From sequence record OL362272.1: 44,545 nt of DNA. One strand, given 5' to 3'. Shown here one piece after another: positions 26,495 to 36,026 of the stretch. A program made the position numbers and the translations under genes. Below the pieces are notes generated by a model. That model worked only from the letters and a program-made list of their open reading frames with translations, made no database searches and had not been told where the DNA came from. This DNA comes from Escherichia phage 6948. The first letter of the stretch is position 1, and every line of letters starts with the position of its first letter.

Positions 26495-26998
26495 ATGTCA
26501 CACTATGAATGTAAGAAGTGTCATAAGCGTTATGATTGCTGTACTTGTGGTCAAGAGAAAACATCTTTTAAAGTTGGAGACAAGGTATTTCGTAATGAAA
26601 AAGATTCGATTCCTTGGAATCAATTCTGCAAAGAAGCTGGTATTGACCCTGATAGCCCTGTAACCATAGATGATATTGATGGCATTAACTTGTGCTTTCG
26701 TGAGGTGAGGGGTACAGGTTGGGATTCCAAAAAATTCAAACTTGCATCTGATAAGTTAGACAACAATATGGTTACTAAGCCTAAGCACTACGAGTTCTTC
26801 GATGGGGTAGAGGCAATCACTATCATTGCTCGTAGTATGACCGAGAAGCAATTCGCTGGCTATTGCATGGGTAATGCTTTGAAATATCGTCTGCGCGCAG
26901 GTAAGAAGTTCAACACTGAAGAAGACCTGAAGAAAGCAGACTACTACAAAGAGCTATTCCAGAAGCATCGTCACGAATGTATTGATGAGGATATTTGA
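26495..26998 (+). CDS. gp1.7-like nucleotide kinase (DUF3310-type)
   Basis: 167 aa from ATG 26495 (GGAGG); KPKHYEFFDGVEAITIIARSMTEKQFAGYCMGNALKYRLRAGKK matches the conserved C-terminal block of T7 gp1.7 as I recall it; N-terminal Cys cluster. Confidence 0.6.
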   Translation: MSHYECKKCHKRYDCCTCGQEKTSFKVGDKVFRNEKDSIPWNQFCKEAGIDPDSPVTIDDIDGINLCFREVRGTGWDSKKFKLASDKLDNNMVTKPKHYEFFDGVEAITIIARSMTEKQFAGYCMGNALKYRLRAGKKFNTEEDLKKADYYKELFQKHRHECIDEDI

Positions 26999-26999
26999 T

Positions 27000-27947
27000 A
27001 TGAATATCTTTGAGTTCCTAGGTCTTCCAGAAGATCACCGCAATCACCCATTCATGCTGGTGAAGCATCGCGGTGAAGTTCCTGAGAAGAAATTAACTTT
27101 TCCATGTTATGCACAGGTGAAACGAGATGGAATATTCAGTGCTGTTGTGGTGCGTAATGATGGTGCTGTTGCCATCTTTGGTCGTACTGGTAAGAAGCTC
27201 GCAAATGTTGAATCCTTGGAAAAGACATTTAGTGTATTTCCTGTCGGGTTGTATCTTGGTGAGTTGCAATCTATGGCTGTTGATGTTTATCTTGAAGCTC
27301 TGTCAGGAGTGGTAAACCCTAATCGTACAGAGCCACTTGACTTCATAGGCCAGCAGATTAAAGACAACCTGTATATCGACTTCTTCGATATGTTAACTAT
27401 TAAGGCATTCCATGATGGATTCACTGATGTTTCTTATCTCAAACGTTACGATGCTTTACATCGTCGCATCGGCACTCATCTTAGCGGGTACAACGCTATT
27501 CTTCCTATTACTCCTTGCCATAATGAGCGAGAGGTTGAAGCGTTTGCTCAAGAGCAAATAGATGCAGGCAGAGAAGGTGCGGTATTTAAACTTGACGTGG
27601 AGTACGAAAGTGGGCACAAGGGCTATCGTCAAACGAAGATCGTTCGTATGGTATCTTATGACCTCACCTGCATTGGGTGGGAGGAAGGAAAAGGTAAGTA
27701 TAAAGGTAAAGTAGCTAATTTAATCTTTAAATGGAAAGGTGGTAAGTCCGTTAAGGCTATGCTGGGGCGTGGCTGGTCACATGAGGATGCAGCACAGATG
27801 TATCACGATATTAAGCACGGTGGCGAACTGAACGTCATTGGGAAGATCTTCGCTGTCAAGGCGTTGCAGGAATCTAGCAAGGGAGTCCTGAGACTTCCCA
27901 AGGTTTCTGAATTACGCCACGATAAGGAGGTTCCTGATGTTTATTGA
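27000..27947 (+). CDS. ATP-dependent DNA ligase
   Basis: 315 aa; adenylation motif I AQVKRDGIF (KxDG), motif EGAVFK, C-terminal LRLPKVSELRHDK. Confidence 0.85.
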   Translation: MNIFEFLGLPEDHRNHPFMLVKHRGEVPEKKLTFPCYAQVKRDGIFSAVVVRNDGAVAIFGRTGKKLANVESLEKTFSVFPVGLYLGELQSMAVDVYLEALSGVVNPNRTEPLDFIGQQIKDNLYIDFFDMLTIKAFHDGFTDVSYLKRYDALHRRIGTHLSGYNAILPITPCHNEREVEAFAQEQIDAGREGAVFKLDVEYESGHKGYRQTKIVRMVSYDLTCIGWEEGKGKYKGKVANLIFKWKGGKSVKAMLGRGWSHEDAAQMYHDIKHGGELNVIGKIFAVKALQESSKGVLRLPKVSELRHDKEVPDVY

Positions 27948-28062
27948 TTTGAACGAAAAACAGCTTGAATTGTTAATAGAAGCCATTGAGCAATACTATT
28001 ACATGTGGGGCTATCAGTCAGAAGAATTAGACTCCTTATATTCACAACTAAAAGGGGGTTAA
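27937..28062 (+). CDS. small hypothetical protein
   Basis: 41 aa, RBS AAGGAGG; overlaps the ligase stop. Confidence 0.25.
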   Translation: MFIDLNEKQLELLIEAIEQYYYMWGYQSEELDSLYSQLKGG

Positions 28063-28064
28063 TT

Positions 28065-28262
28065 ATGTCTTTTGATTCTATGAAGGCAACTCGTGCTGTT
28101 GAGGTAGCAGAGGCCATCTTCGAAACTCTATCCTGTGGCATGGAAGTGCCATATACTTTACTGGCTGATGCAGAAGAACTTGGTCTTTCTGTAGAAGCTA
28201 TCCAAGAGAAGGTTGACGAATTATATGGTACAGACGAAGAAGAAACCGACGATTTCATTTGA
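28065..28262 (+). CDS. small acidic hypothetical protein
   Basis: 65 aa, RBS AAAGGGGG; acidic C-terminus TDEEETDDFI. Confidence 0.4.
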   Translation: MSFDSMKATRAVEVAEAIFETLSCGMEVPYTLLADAEELGLSVEAIQEKVDELYGTDEEETDDFI

Positions 28263-28266
28263 AGGA

Positions 28267-28395
28267 ATGGAGATGCTTGAGATGATTCTCAAGCCTTCTT
28301 CTCCTAAGGTGACTAAGACTCATGAAGAGTTAATCGTTGATGAGGTTAAGCGTTACATCATGGATTGTGTCAGAGCACAACTGGTGATCCAATGA
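28267..28395 (+). CDS. small hypothetical protein
   Basis: 42 aa; stop overlaps the GNAT start (ATGA). Confidence 0.3.
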   Translation: MEMLEMILKPSSPKVTKTHEELIVDEVKRYIMDCVRAQLVIQ

Positions 28396-28853
28396 TACGT
28401 CCAGCTTCCTTCCTAGATATTCCTGAGATTATAAACCTTGGGAATAAATATGTGGAAGAGGAAGTCAAGGTTGTAGCCCACCACTCAGCCTCATGGAATG
28501 CAGAACAAAGTGCACATAACCTTTGTGCATCTCTTAGTAGAGAAGATTTATTCCTATGGGTTGCTGTAGATGAAGGGCAGATTGTAGGGTTCCTGTGGGC
28601 TGGCTATCACGAGTTGGCCCCTTGGACACCTGTAAGAGTTGCCTCTGACATTCTCTTTTATATTATACCAGAGAGGCGAGGAACACTTCTTGGTATGCGT
28701 CTCATCAAAGCCCTAAAGCAATGGGCTAGTGATAATGAATGCTCTGAGGTTCGCCTGTCTATCGCCTCTGGTATTAATGAAGAACGTGTCGGACGTATGT
28801 ATAAGCGACTTGGCTTTGAACCGTTTGGCACTGTGTATAACATGAAGTTCTAA
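28392..28853 (+). CDS. GNAT-family N-acetyltransferase
   Basis: 153 aa; acetyl-CoA-binding motif A IPERRGTLLGMRLIKAL and C-terminal KRLGFEP, typical GNAT fold signature. Confidence 0.7.
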   Translation: MIRPASFLDIPEIINLGNKYVEEEVKVVAHHSASWNAEQSAHNLCASLSREDLFLWVAVDEGQIVGFLWAGYHELAPWTPVRVASDILFYIIPERRGTLLGMRLIKALKQWASDNECSEVRLSIASGINEERVGRMYKRLGFEPFGTVYNMKF

Positions 28854-28862
28854 GGAGATAAC

Positions 28863-29072
28863 ATGGGTGTTGTAAAGAAAGCATTTAAGGCTATCGGTCT
28901 TGCTCAAGATGCACCACGTATTGAAGCCAAAGTACCAGCACAGCAGCTTGAGCGTAAACCTGAGACTGAAGCTGAAGATATTCAAATTGGTGCAGGTGGT
29001 GATGATGCGACTGCATCTGCAAAAGGTAAGCGCGGCCTTGTCCGTCCGGTGGCTTCTAGCTTGAAGGTGTGA
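28863..29072 (+). CDS. small virion-associated protein (gp6.7-like), tentative
   Basis: 69 aa, RBS AAGGAG, low-complexity basic/Ala-rich; immediately upstream of portal. Confidence 0.4.
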   Translation: MGVVKKAFKAIGLAQDAPRIEAKVPAQQLERKPETEAEDIQIGAGGDDATASAKGKRGLVRPVASSLKV

Positions 29073-29073
29073 T

Positions 29074-30624
29074 ATGAAACAGAGCACAGATTTGGAGTAT
29101 GGAGGTAAGAGATCTAAGATACCTAAGCTATGGGAGAAGTTCTCCACTAAACGTAGCTCTTTCCTTGATAGGGCGAAGCATTACTCCAAATTAACCTTGC
29201 CCTATCTGATGAATGACAAAGGTGATAACGAGACTTCGCAGAATGGATGGCAAGGTGTAGGTGCTCAGGCAACTAATCATCTAGCCAACAAGCTAGCGCA
29301 AGTACTATTCCCTGCACAGCGTTCCTTCTTCCGTGTAGACTTAACTGCACAAGGTGAGAAGGTTCTTAATCAGCGTGGCCTGAAGAAGACAGAGCTAGCT
29401 ACCATCTTCGCTCAAGTGGAAACACGGGCAATGAAAGAGTTAGAGCAACGTCAATTCCGGCCTGCTGTAGTAGAAGCATTTAAGCATCTTATTGTTGCTG
29501 GCAGCTGTATGCTATACAAGCCGAGCAAAGGTGCAATCAGTGCTATCCCAATGCATCACTACGTAGTTAACCGTGATACCAATGGCGACCTGTTAGACAT
29601 TATCTTGCTACAAGAGAAAGCCTTACGTACCTTTGACCCAGCTACACGTGCTGTAGTAGAGGTTGGCCTGAAAGGTAAGAAGTGCAAAGAAGATGACAGC
29701 GTTAAGCTGTACACACATGCTAAGTATCTTGGTGATGGATTTTGGGAACTCAAGCAATCTGCTGATGATATCCCTGTGGGTAAGGTGAGTAAAATCAAAT
29801 CAGAAAAGCTACCTTTCATCCCATTAACTTGGAAGCGAAGCTATGGTGAGGATTGGGGTCGCCCTCTTGCAGAGGATTACTCCGGTGATTTATTCGTTAT
29901 CCAATTCTTATCTGAAGCGGTTGCCCGTGGTGCTGCGCTGATGGCAGATATCAAGTACCTGATTCGTCCGGGTGCTCAAACTGATGTTGACCACTTTGTT
30001 AACTCTGGCACTGGTGAGGTTATCACTGGTGTAGAAGAAGACATCCATATTGTACAGTTAGGTAAGTATGCAGACCTCACACCTATTAGCGCGGTTCTAG
30101 AGGTATACACTCGCCGTATCGGTGTTGTCTTCATGATGGAGACAATGACACGCCGTGACGCCGAACGTGTTACTGCTGTAGAAATCCAGCGAGATGCGTT
30201 AGAGATTGAGCAGAACATGGGTGGTGTATACTCCCTCTTTGCTACTACTATGCAATCGCCAGTAGCGATGTGGGGTCTGCTGGAGGCAGGGGAGTCCTTC
30301 ACTAGTGACCTAGTGGACCCTGTGATTATTACAGGTATTGAAGCTTTAGGACGCATGGCTGAGTTGGATAAACTGGCTAACTTTGCTCAGTATATGTCAC
30401 TGCCATTACAATGGCCTGAGCCTGTCCTAGCTGCTGTGAAATGGCCTGACTATATGGATTGGGTGCGTGGTCAAATCTCTGCTGAACTGCCGTTCCTTAA
30501 ATCAGCTGAAGAGATGGCACAAGAACAGGAAGCACAGATGCAAGCACAGCAAGCACAGATGCTTGAAGAAGGTGTGGCTAAGGCCGTGCCGGGTGTAATT
30601 CAACAAGAACTTAAGGAGGCGTAA
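29074..30624 (+). CDS. portal (head-tail connector) protein
   Basis: 516 aa; position and size; segment WQGVGAQATNHLANKLAQVLFP resembles the T7 gp8 N-terminal region. Confidence 0.85.
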   Translation: MKQSTDLEYGGKRSKIPKLWEKFSTKRSSFLDRAKHYSKLTLPYLMNDKGDNETSQNGWQGVGAQATNHLANKLAQVLFPAQRSFFRVDLTAQGEKVLNQRGLKKTELATIFAQVETRAMKELEQRQFRPAVVEAFKHLIVAGSCMLYKPSKGAISAIPMHHYVVNRDTNGDLLDIILLQEKALRTFDPATRAVVEVGLKGKKCKEDDSVKLYTHAKYLGDGFWELKQSADDIPVGKVSKIKSEKLPFIPLTWKRSYGEDWGRPLAEDYSGDLFVIQFLSEAVARGAALMADIKYLIRPGAQTDVDHFVNSGTGEVITGVEEDIHIVQLGKYADLTPISAVLEVYTRRIGVVFMMETMTRRDAERVTAVEIQRDALEIEQNMGGVYSLFATTMQSPVAMWGLLEAGESFTSDLVDPVIITGIEALGRMAELDKLANFAQYMSLPLQWPEPVLAAVKWPDYMDWVRGQISAELPFLKSAEEMAQEQEAQMQAQQAQMLEEGVAKAVPGVIQQELKEA

Positions 30625-31544
30625 TGTCTTTCTCATTTACTGAACCGTCAACCACTCACCCTACTACTGAAGAGGTTCCGGTAGAAACCAAGGAGGTAAC
30701 AACTGATGCTGCTACTACTGATGCTACTGCTGACGCTGGCACTGCTGTACAAGATGACAATGCTGGTGCACAACCTACTGAAGACACCGGAGGAGAAGCT
30801 TCTGGACAGCCTTCAGAAAAAGGAGACAATGGCGGAGAGAATGGTGAATCTAAGCCAGATGATACCGCGACCGACACTGAGGAAGTGCAATACTTCTTCG
30901 GAGAACATGAAGTAACAATAGACATCCCACAGGATGTAACTGACAGCCTTAAAGAGAAAGGCATTGATGCCAAGCAGGTTGCCAAGGAACTATATTCCAA
31001 AGGTGGCAAGTTTGAACTGTCAGATGCAACCAAGCAGAAATTGTATGATGCTTTTGGCAAGTTTGCGGTAGATGCTTACCTGTCAGGTCTTAAGGCTCAA
31101 AATGAAGCCTTCTTCCTGAAAGAAGCCAACGCAGCTAAAGAGTTGGAAGCAGTTAACACCCAACGATTCTCTGATGTTTCTAAGGAAATTGGTGGCGAAG
31201 AAGGTTGGTCCCGTCTTGAGGAGTGGGCGCTTGAAACGCTATCCGATGACGAACTCACGGCATTCAATGCTGTGATGGAGTCTGGCAACCAGTACCTCCA
31301 GCAGTACGCTGTGCGTGAACTGGAGAGCCGCCGTAAGGCTGCACAGGGTGATGATAGGCCATCCCTGATTGAGCCATCAGCACCTGCTAAGGCTAATGAA
31401 GAGAATGGCCCACTGACGCGAGATCAGTACGTTCAAGCAATCGCAACTCTTAGCCAGAAGTACGGCAATGACCGTAAAGCTATGGCAGAAGCTCAAGCTA
31501 AACTGGACGCCCGTCGCCGTGCTGGCATGGCTCGCGGTATCTAA
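30624..31544 (+). CDS. capsid assembly scaffolding protein
   Basis: 306 aa, acidic low-complexity N-terminus, helical C-terminus; between portal and capsid. Confidence 0.7.
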   Translation: MSFSFTEPSTTHPTTEEVPVETKEVTTDAATTDATADAGTAVQDDNAGAQPTEDTGGEASGQPSEKGDNGGENGESKPDDTATDTEEVQYFFGEHEVTIDIPQDVTDSLKEKGIDAKQVAKELYSKGGKFELSDATKQKLYDAFGKFAVDAYLSGLKAQNEAFFLKEANAAKELEAVNTQRFSDVSKEIGGEEGWSRLEEWALETLSDDELTAFNAVMESGNQYLQQYAVRELESRRKAAQGDDRPSLIEPSAPAKANEENGPLTRDQYVQAIATLSQKYGNDRKAMAEAQAKLDARRRAGMARGI

Positions 31545-31550
31545 TTCAGT

Positions 31551-31573
31551 ATTTACTGGACACTATAGAAGGG
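31551..31573 (+). promoter_or_regulatory. phage-RNAP promoter upstream of the major capsid gene
   Basis: ATTTACTGGACACTATAGAAGGG, followed by strong RBS. Confidence 0.8.
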
Positions 31574-31623
31574 AGAAAAGTTCTCCCTAGTTATCAATTT
31601 GATTTATAAGGAGATTATAATAC

Positions 31624-32832
31624 ATGTCTACACCGAATACTCTGACTAACGTTGCTGTATCTGCATCCGGTGAGGTTGACAGCCTTCTCATTGAGAAGTT
31701 TAATGGTAAGGTCAATGAGCAGTACCTGAAAGGTGAGAACATTCTGTCCTACTTTGATGTACAAACTGTTACTGGCACTAACACAGTGAGCAACAAATAT
31801 TTGGGCGAAACTGAGTTGCAGGTGCTAGCACCGGGTCAGTCTCCTAATGCCACCCCTACTCAGGCGGATAAAAACCAGTTGGTAATTGATACCACTGTCA
31901 TTGCTCGTAACACTGTGGCTCACATCCACGATGTACAAGGTGACATCGATAGCCTGAAACCAAAATTGGCTATGAACCAAGCCAAGCAACTGAAACGTCT
32001 GGAAGACCAGATGGCAATTCAGCAGATGCTGTTAGGCGGTATTGCTAACACCAAGGCCAAACGTAACAAGCCGCGTGTTAAAGGGCATGGCTTCTCTATC
32101 AACGTTAACGTAACTGAGAGTGAAGCACTGGCTAACCCTCAGTATGTTATGGCTGCGGTAGAGTATGCTCTGGAGCAACAGCTTGAGCAGGAAGTGGATA
32201 TCTCTGATGTAGCTATCATGATGCCGTGGAAGTTCTTCAATGCTCTGCGTGATGCAGACCGAATTGTAGATAAGACTTACACTATCAGCCAGTCTGGTGC
32301 AACCATTAATGGCTTCGTTCTCTCTTCTTATAACTGCCCTGTGATCCCGTCTAACCGATTCCCTACCTTCGCTCAGAATCAGGCTCACCACCTGTTGTCT
32401 AATGAAGATAACGGCTATCGTTATGACCCTATCGCAGAGATGAATGGTGCAGTTGCTGTTCTGTTCACTGCCGACGCACTGCTGGTGGGTCGTACCATTG
32501 AAGTGACTGGTGACATCTTCTATGAGAAGAAAGAGAAGACTTATTACATTGACACCTTCATGGCTGAGGGTGCAATCCCTGACCGTTGGGAAGCAGTGTC
32601 TGTAGTTACCACTAAACGTAATGCAACTACTGGTGCTGCTGAAGGTGCTGGTGATGATCACGCAACCGTACTGGCTCGTGCACAGCGTAAGGCTGTATAT
32701 GTCAAAACCGAAGGTGCTGCGGCTGCATTCTCTGCTGCCCCAGCAGGTATCCAAGCGGAAGACCTTGTAGCGGCGGTACGTGCTGTAATGGCAAATGACA
32801 TCAAGCCGACTGCAATGAAACCTGCTGAGTAA
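31624..32832 (+). CDS. major capsid protein
   Basis: 402 aa; strong promoter (31551-31573) and RBS AAGGAG; highly biased codon usage; followed by a terminator. Confidence 0.85.
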   Translation: MSTPNTLTNVAVSASGEVDSLLIEKFNGKVNEQYLKGENILSYFDVQTVTGTNTVSNKYLGETELQVLAPGQSPNATPTQADKNQLVIDTTVIARNTVAHIHDVQGDIDSLKPKLAMNQAKQLKRLEDQMAIQQMLLGGIANTKAKRNKPRVKGHGFSINVNVTESEALANPQYVMAAVEYALEQQLEQEVDISDVAIMMPWKFFNALRDADRIVDKTYTISQSGATINGFVLSSYNCPVIPSNRFPTFAQNQAHHLLSNEDNGYRYDPIAEMNGAVAVLFTADALLVGRTIEVTGDIFYEKKEKTYYIDTFMAEGAIPDRWEAVSVVTTKRNATTGAAEGAGDDHATVLARAQRKAVYVKTEGAAAAFSAAPAGIQAEDLVAAVRAVMANDIKPTAMKPAE

Positions 32833-32840
32833 TACCTATG

Positions 32841-32875
32841 CCCTATCTACCTTGCGTAGGTAGGGTTCTTTTTGT
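32841..32875 (+). terminator. intrinsic terminator after the capsid gene
   Basis: 10-bp stem CCCTATCTAC / GTAGGTAGGG, loop CTTGC, then TTCTTTTTG; near-identical architecture to the 23710 terminator. Confidence 0.6.
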
Positions 32876-32886
32876 TAGGAGGATTC

Positions 32887-33624
32887 ATGCCTGTTATTAA
32901 ACAACAAAGTTACACTGGCTATACTGTCTCAGATGTAGCCTTTCAAGTGATTGATAGTAAGCTGGAGGCTGTTAACCTTTGTATGCGAGCCATTGGTCGT
33001 GAGGGTGTGGATTCTCTCGACTCAGGCGACCTTGATGCTGAAGATGCTAGCAAAATGATTGATATCGTCTCCCAACGTTTCCAATACAACAAAGGCGGTG
33101 GCTGGTGGTTCAATCGTGAACCTAACTGGCAGCTTGCACCAGACACGAACGGTGAGATTAACTTGCCTAATAACTGCCTAGCTGTATTGCAGTGCTACGC
33201 ATTGGGTGAGAAGAAAGTGCCTATGACTATGCGTGCAGGTAAGCTCTACTCTACTTGGAGTCACACCTTTGATATGCGTAAGCATGTTAATGCTAATGGT
33301 ATGATTCGTCTTACCTTACTCACCTTACTACCCTACGAGCATTTACCTACAAGTGTAATGCAGGCTATTGCCTATCAAGCTGCTGTAGAGTTTATTGTGT
33401 CTAAGGATGCAGATCAGACTAAGCTAGCCACTGCGCAGCAGATAGCCACTCAGCTTCTTATGGATGTACAATCTGAGCAAATGTCACAGAAGCGATTAAA
33501 CATGCTGGTACATAACCCCACTCAGCGTCAGTTTGGTATCATGGCTGGTGGCTCTCAGAATGTGCCTGCTTACTCTCATTCACCTTATGAGAGTTGGGCG
33601 CTCCGTCCGTGGGAGGATCGTTAA
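32887..33624 (+). CDS. tail tubular protein A (gp11-like)
   Basis: 245 aa from ATG 32887 (AGGAGG); position after capsid. Confidence 0.7.
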   Translation: MPVIKQQSYTGYTVSDVAFQVIDSKLEAVNLCMRAIGREGVDSLDSGDLDAEDASKMIDIVSQRFQYNKGGGWWFNREPNWQLAPDTNGEINLPNNCLAVLQCYALGEKKVPMTMRAGKLYSTWSHTFDMRKHVNANGMIRLTLLTLLPYEHLPTSVMQAIAYQAAVEFIVSKDADQTKLATAQQIATQLLMDVQSEQMSQKRLNMLVHNPTQRQFGIMAGGSQNVPAYSHSPYESWALRPWEDR

Positions 33625-36026
33625 TGGAAGTACAAGGTTCATTAGGTAGACAAATCCAAGGGATTAGCCAGCAGCCGCCAGCGGTACGCTTGGATGGTCA
33701 GTGCACAGCTATGGTTAATATGATACCTGATGTAGTGAATGGTACTCAATCACGAATGGGTACAACTCATATTGCAAAGATACTTGATGCTGGGACTGAT
33801 GACATGGCTATTCATCATTATCGCAGAGGTGATGGTGATGAAGAGTATTTCTTCACGTTGAAGAAAGGACAAGTTCCTGAGATATTTGATAAGTATGGGC
33901 GCAAATGTAATGTGACTTCACAAGATGCACCTATGACCTACCTCTCTGAGGTTGTTAATCCAAGGGAAGATGTACAATTCATGACGATAGCTGATGTTAC
34001 TTTCATGCTTAATCGTAGGAAAGTAGTTAAAGCTAGTAACAGGAAGTCACCTAAAGTTGGAAACAAAGCCATTGTGTTTTGTGCGTATGGTCAATATGGT
34101 ACATCTTATTCCATTGTAATTAATGGGACCAACGCTGCTAGTTTTAAAACACCGGATGGTGGAAGTGCAGACCATGTTGAACAAATTCGAACTGAACGTA
34201 TCACTTCTGAATTGTACTCTAAGTTGCAGCAATGGAGCGGTGTGAGTGACTATGAAATACAAAGAGACGGTACTAGTATATTTATCGAGAGACGGGATGG
34301 TGCTAGCTTTACAATAACAACCACCGATGGTGCAAAAGGTAAGGACTTAGTGGCTATCAAGAATAAAGTTAGCTCTACTGACCTACTCCCTTCTCGTGCG
34401 CCTGCTGGTTATAAAGTACAAGTGTGGCCTACTGGCAGCAAACCTGAGTCTCGTTACTGGCTGCAAGCTGAGCCTAAAGAGGGAAACCTTGTGTCTTGGA
34501 AAGAAACAATAGCTGCTGATGTATTACTTGGGTTTGATAAAGGCACAATGCCTTACATTATTGAACGTACAGATATCATCAACGGCATAGCTCAATTCAA
34601 GATAAGACAAGGTGATTGGGAAGATCGTAAAGTAGGGGATGACTTGACTAACCCTATGCCCTCTTTTATTGATGAGGAAGTACCCCAGACAATAGGTGGA
34701 ATGTTCATGGTGCAGAACCGCCTATGCTTTACAGCAGGTGAAGCGGTTATTGCTTCTCGTACATCCTACTTCTTCGATTTCTTTCGTTATACGGTTATCT
34801 CTGCATTGGCAACTGACCCCTTTGATATTTTCTCAGATGCTAGTGAAGTCTACCAGCTAAAACATGCAGTGACCTTAGATGGCGCTACCGTGTTGTTCTC
34901 TGATAAGTCACAATTCATACTGCCAGGCGATAAGCCTTTAGAGAAGTCAAATGCACTGCTTAAGCCTGTTACAACATTTGAAGTGAACAATAAAGTGAAG
35001 CCAGTAGTAACTGGTGAATCGGTAATGTTTGCCACTAATGATGGTTCTTACTCTGGTGTACGAGAGTTCTATACAGACTCTTATAGTGACACTAAGAAGG
35101 CACAAGCAATCACAAGTCATGTGAATAAACTCATCGAAGGTAACATTACCAACATGGCAGCAAGCACCAATGTCAACAGGTTACTTGTCACTACCGATAA
35201 GTATCGTAACATAATCTACTGCTACGATTGGTTATGGCAAGGAACAGACCGTGTACAATCAGCATGGCATGTATGGAAGTGGCCTATAGGTACAAAGGTG
35301 CGAGGTATGTTTTATTCTGGTGAATTACTTTACCTGCTCCTTGAGCGAGGAGATGGCGTGTATCTGGAGAAGATGGACATGGGTGATGCACTAACCTATG
35401 GTTTGAATGACCGCATCAGAATGGATAGGCAAGCAGAGTTAGTCTTCAAGCATTTCAAAGCAGAAGATGAATGGGTATCTGAGCCGCTCCCTTGGGTTCC
35501 TACTAACCCAGAACTTTTAGATTGCATCTTAATCGAGGGTTGGGATTCATATATTGGCGGCTCTTTCTTATTCAAGTACAACCCTAGTGACAATACTTTG
35601 TCTACAACCTTTGATATGTATGATGACAGCCATGTAAAAGCGAAGGTTATTGTTGGTCAGATTTACCCTCAAGAGTTTGAACCTACGCCTGTGGTTATCA
35701 GAGACAATCAAGACCGTGTATCCTACATTGATGTACCAGTTGTAGGATTGGTTCACCTTAATCTTGACATGTACCCCGATTTCTCCGTAGAAGTTAAGAA
35801 TGTGAAGAGTGGTAAAGTACGTAGAGTATTAGCGTCAAACCGTATAGGTGGTGCTCTCAATAATACAGTAGGCTATGTTGAACCGAGAGAAGGTGTCTTC
35901 AGATTTCCACTGAGAGCTAAGAGCACGGATGTTGTTTATCGTATTATTGTAGAGTCACCTCACACATTCCAGCTTCGTGATATTGAGTGGGAAGGGAGCT
36001 ACAATCCAACCAAAAGGAGGGTCTAA
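33624..36026 (+). CDS. tail tubular protein B (gp12-like)
   Basis: 800 aa; N-terminal QGISQQP segment resembles the T7 gp12 N-terminus; size and position. Confidence 0.8.
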   Translation: MEVQGSLGRQIQGISQQPPAVRLDGQCTAMVNMIPDVVNGTQSRMGTTHIAKILDAGTDDMAIHHYRRGDGDEEYFFTLKKGQVPEIFDKYGRKCNVTSQDAPMTYLSEVVNPREDVQFMTIADVTFMLNRRKVVKASNRKSPKVGNKAIVFCAYGQYGTSYSIVINGTNAASFKTPDGGSADHVEQIRTERITSELYSKLQQWSGVSDYEIQRDGTSIFIERRDGASFTITTTDGAKGKDLVAIKNKVSSTDLLPSRAPAGYKVQVWPTGSKPESRYWLQAEPKEGNLVSWKETIAADVLLGFDKGTMPYIIERTDIINGIAQFKIRQGDWEDRKVGDDLTNPMPSFIDEEVPQTIGGMFMVQNRLCFTAGEAVIASRTSYFFDFFRYTVISALATDPFDIFSDASEVYQLKHAVTLDGATVLFSDKSQFILPGDKPLEKSNALLKPVTTFEVNNKVKPVVTGESVMFATNDGSYSGVREFYTDSYSDTKKAQAITSHVNKLIEGNITNMAASTNVNRLLVTTDKYRNIIYCYDWLWQGTDRVQSAWHVWKWPIGTKVRGMFYSGELLYLLLERGDGVYLEKMDMGDALTYGLNDRIRMDRQAELVFKHFKAEDEWVSEPLPWVPTNPELLDCILIEGWDSYIGGSFLFKYNPSDNTLSTTFDMYDDSHVKAKVIVGQIYPQEFEPTPVVIRDNQDRVSYIDVPVVGLVHLNLDMYPDFSVEVKNVKSGKVRRVLASNRIGGALNNTVGYVEPREGVFRFPLRAKSTDVVYRIIVESPHTFQLRDIEWEGSYNPTKRRV

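Noticed and set aside
32032-32754. 240-aa minus-strand ORF
   Set aside because: Antisense to the highly expressed major capsid gene; no start context; spurious.
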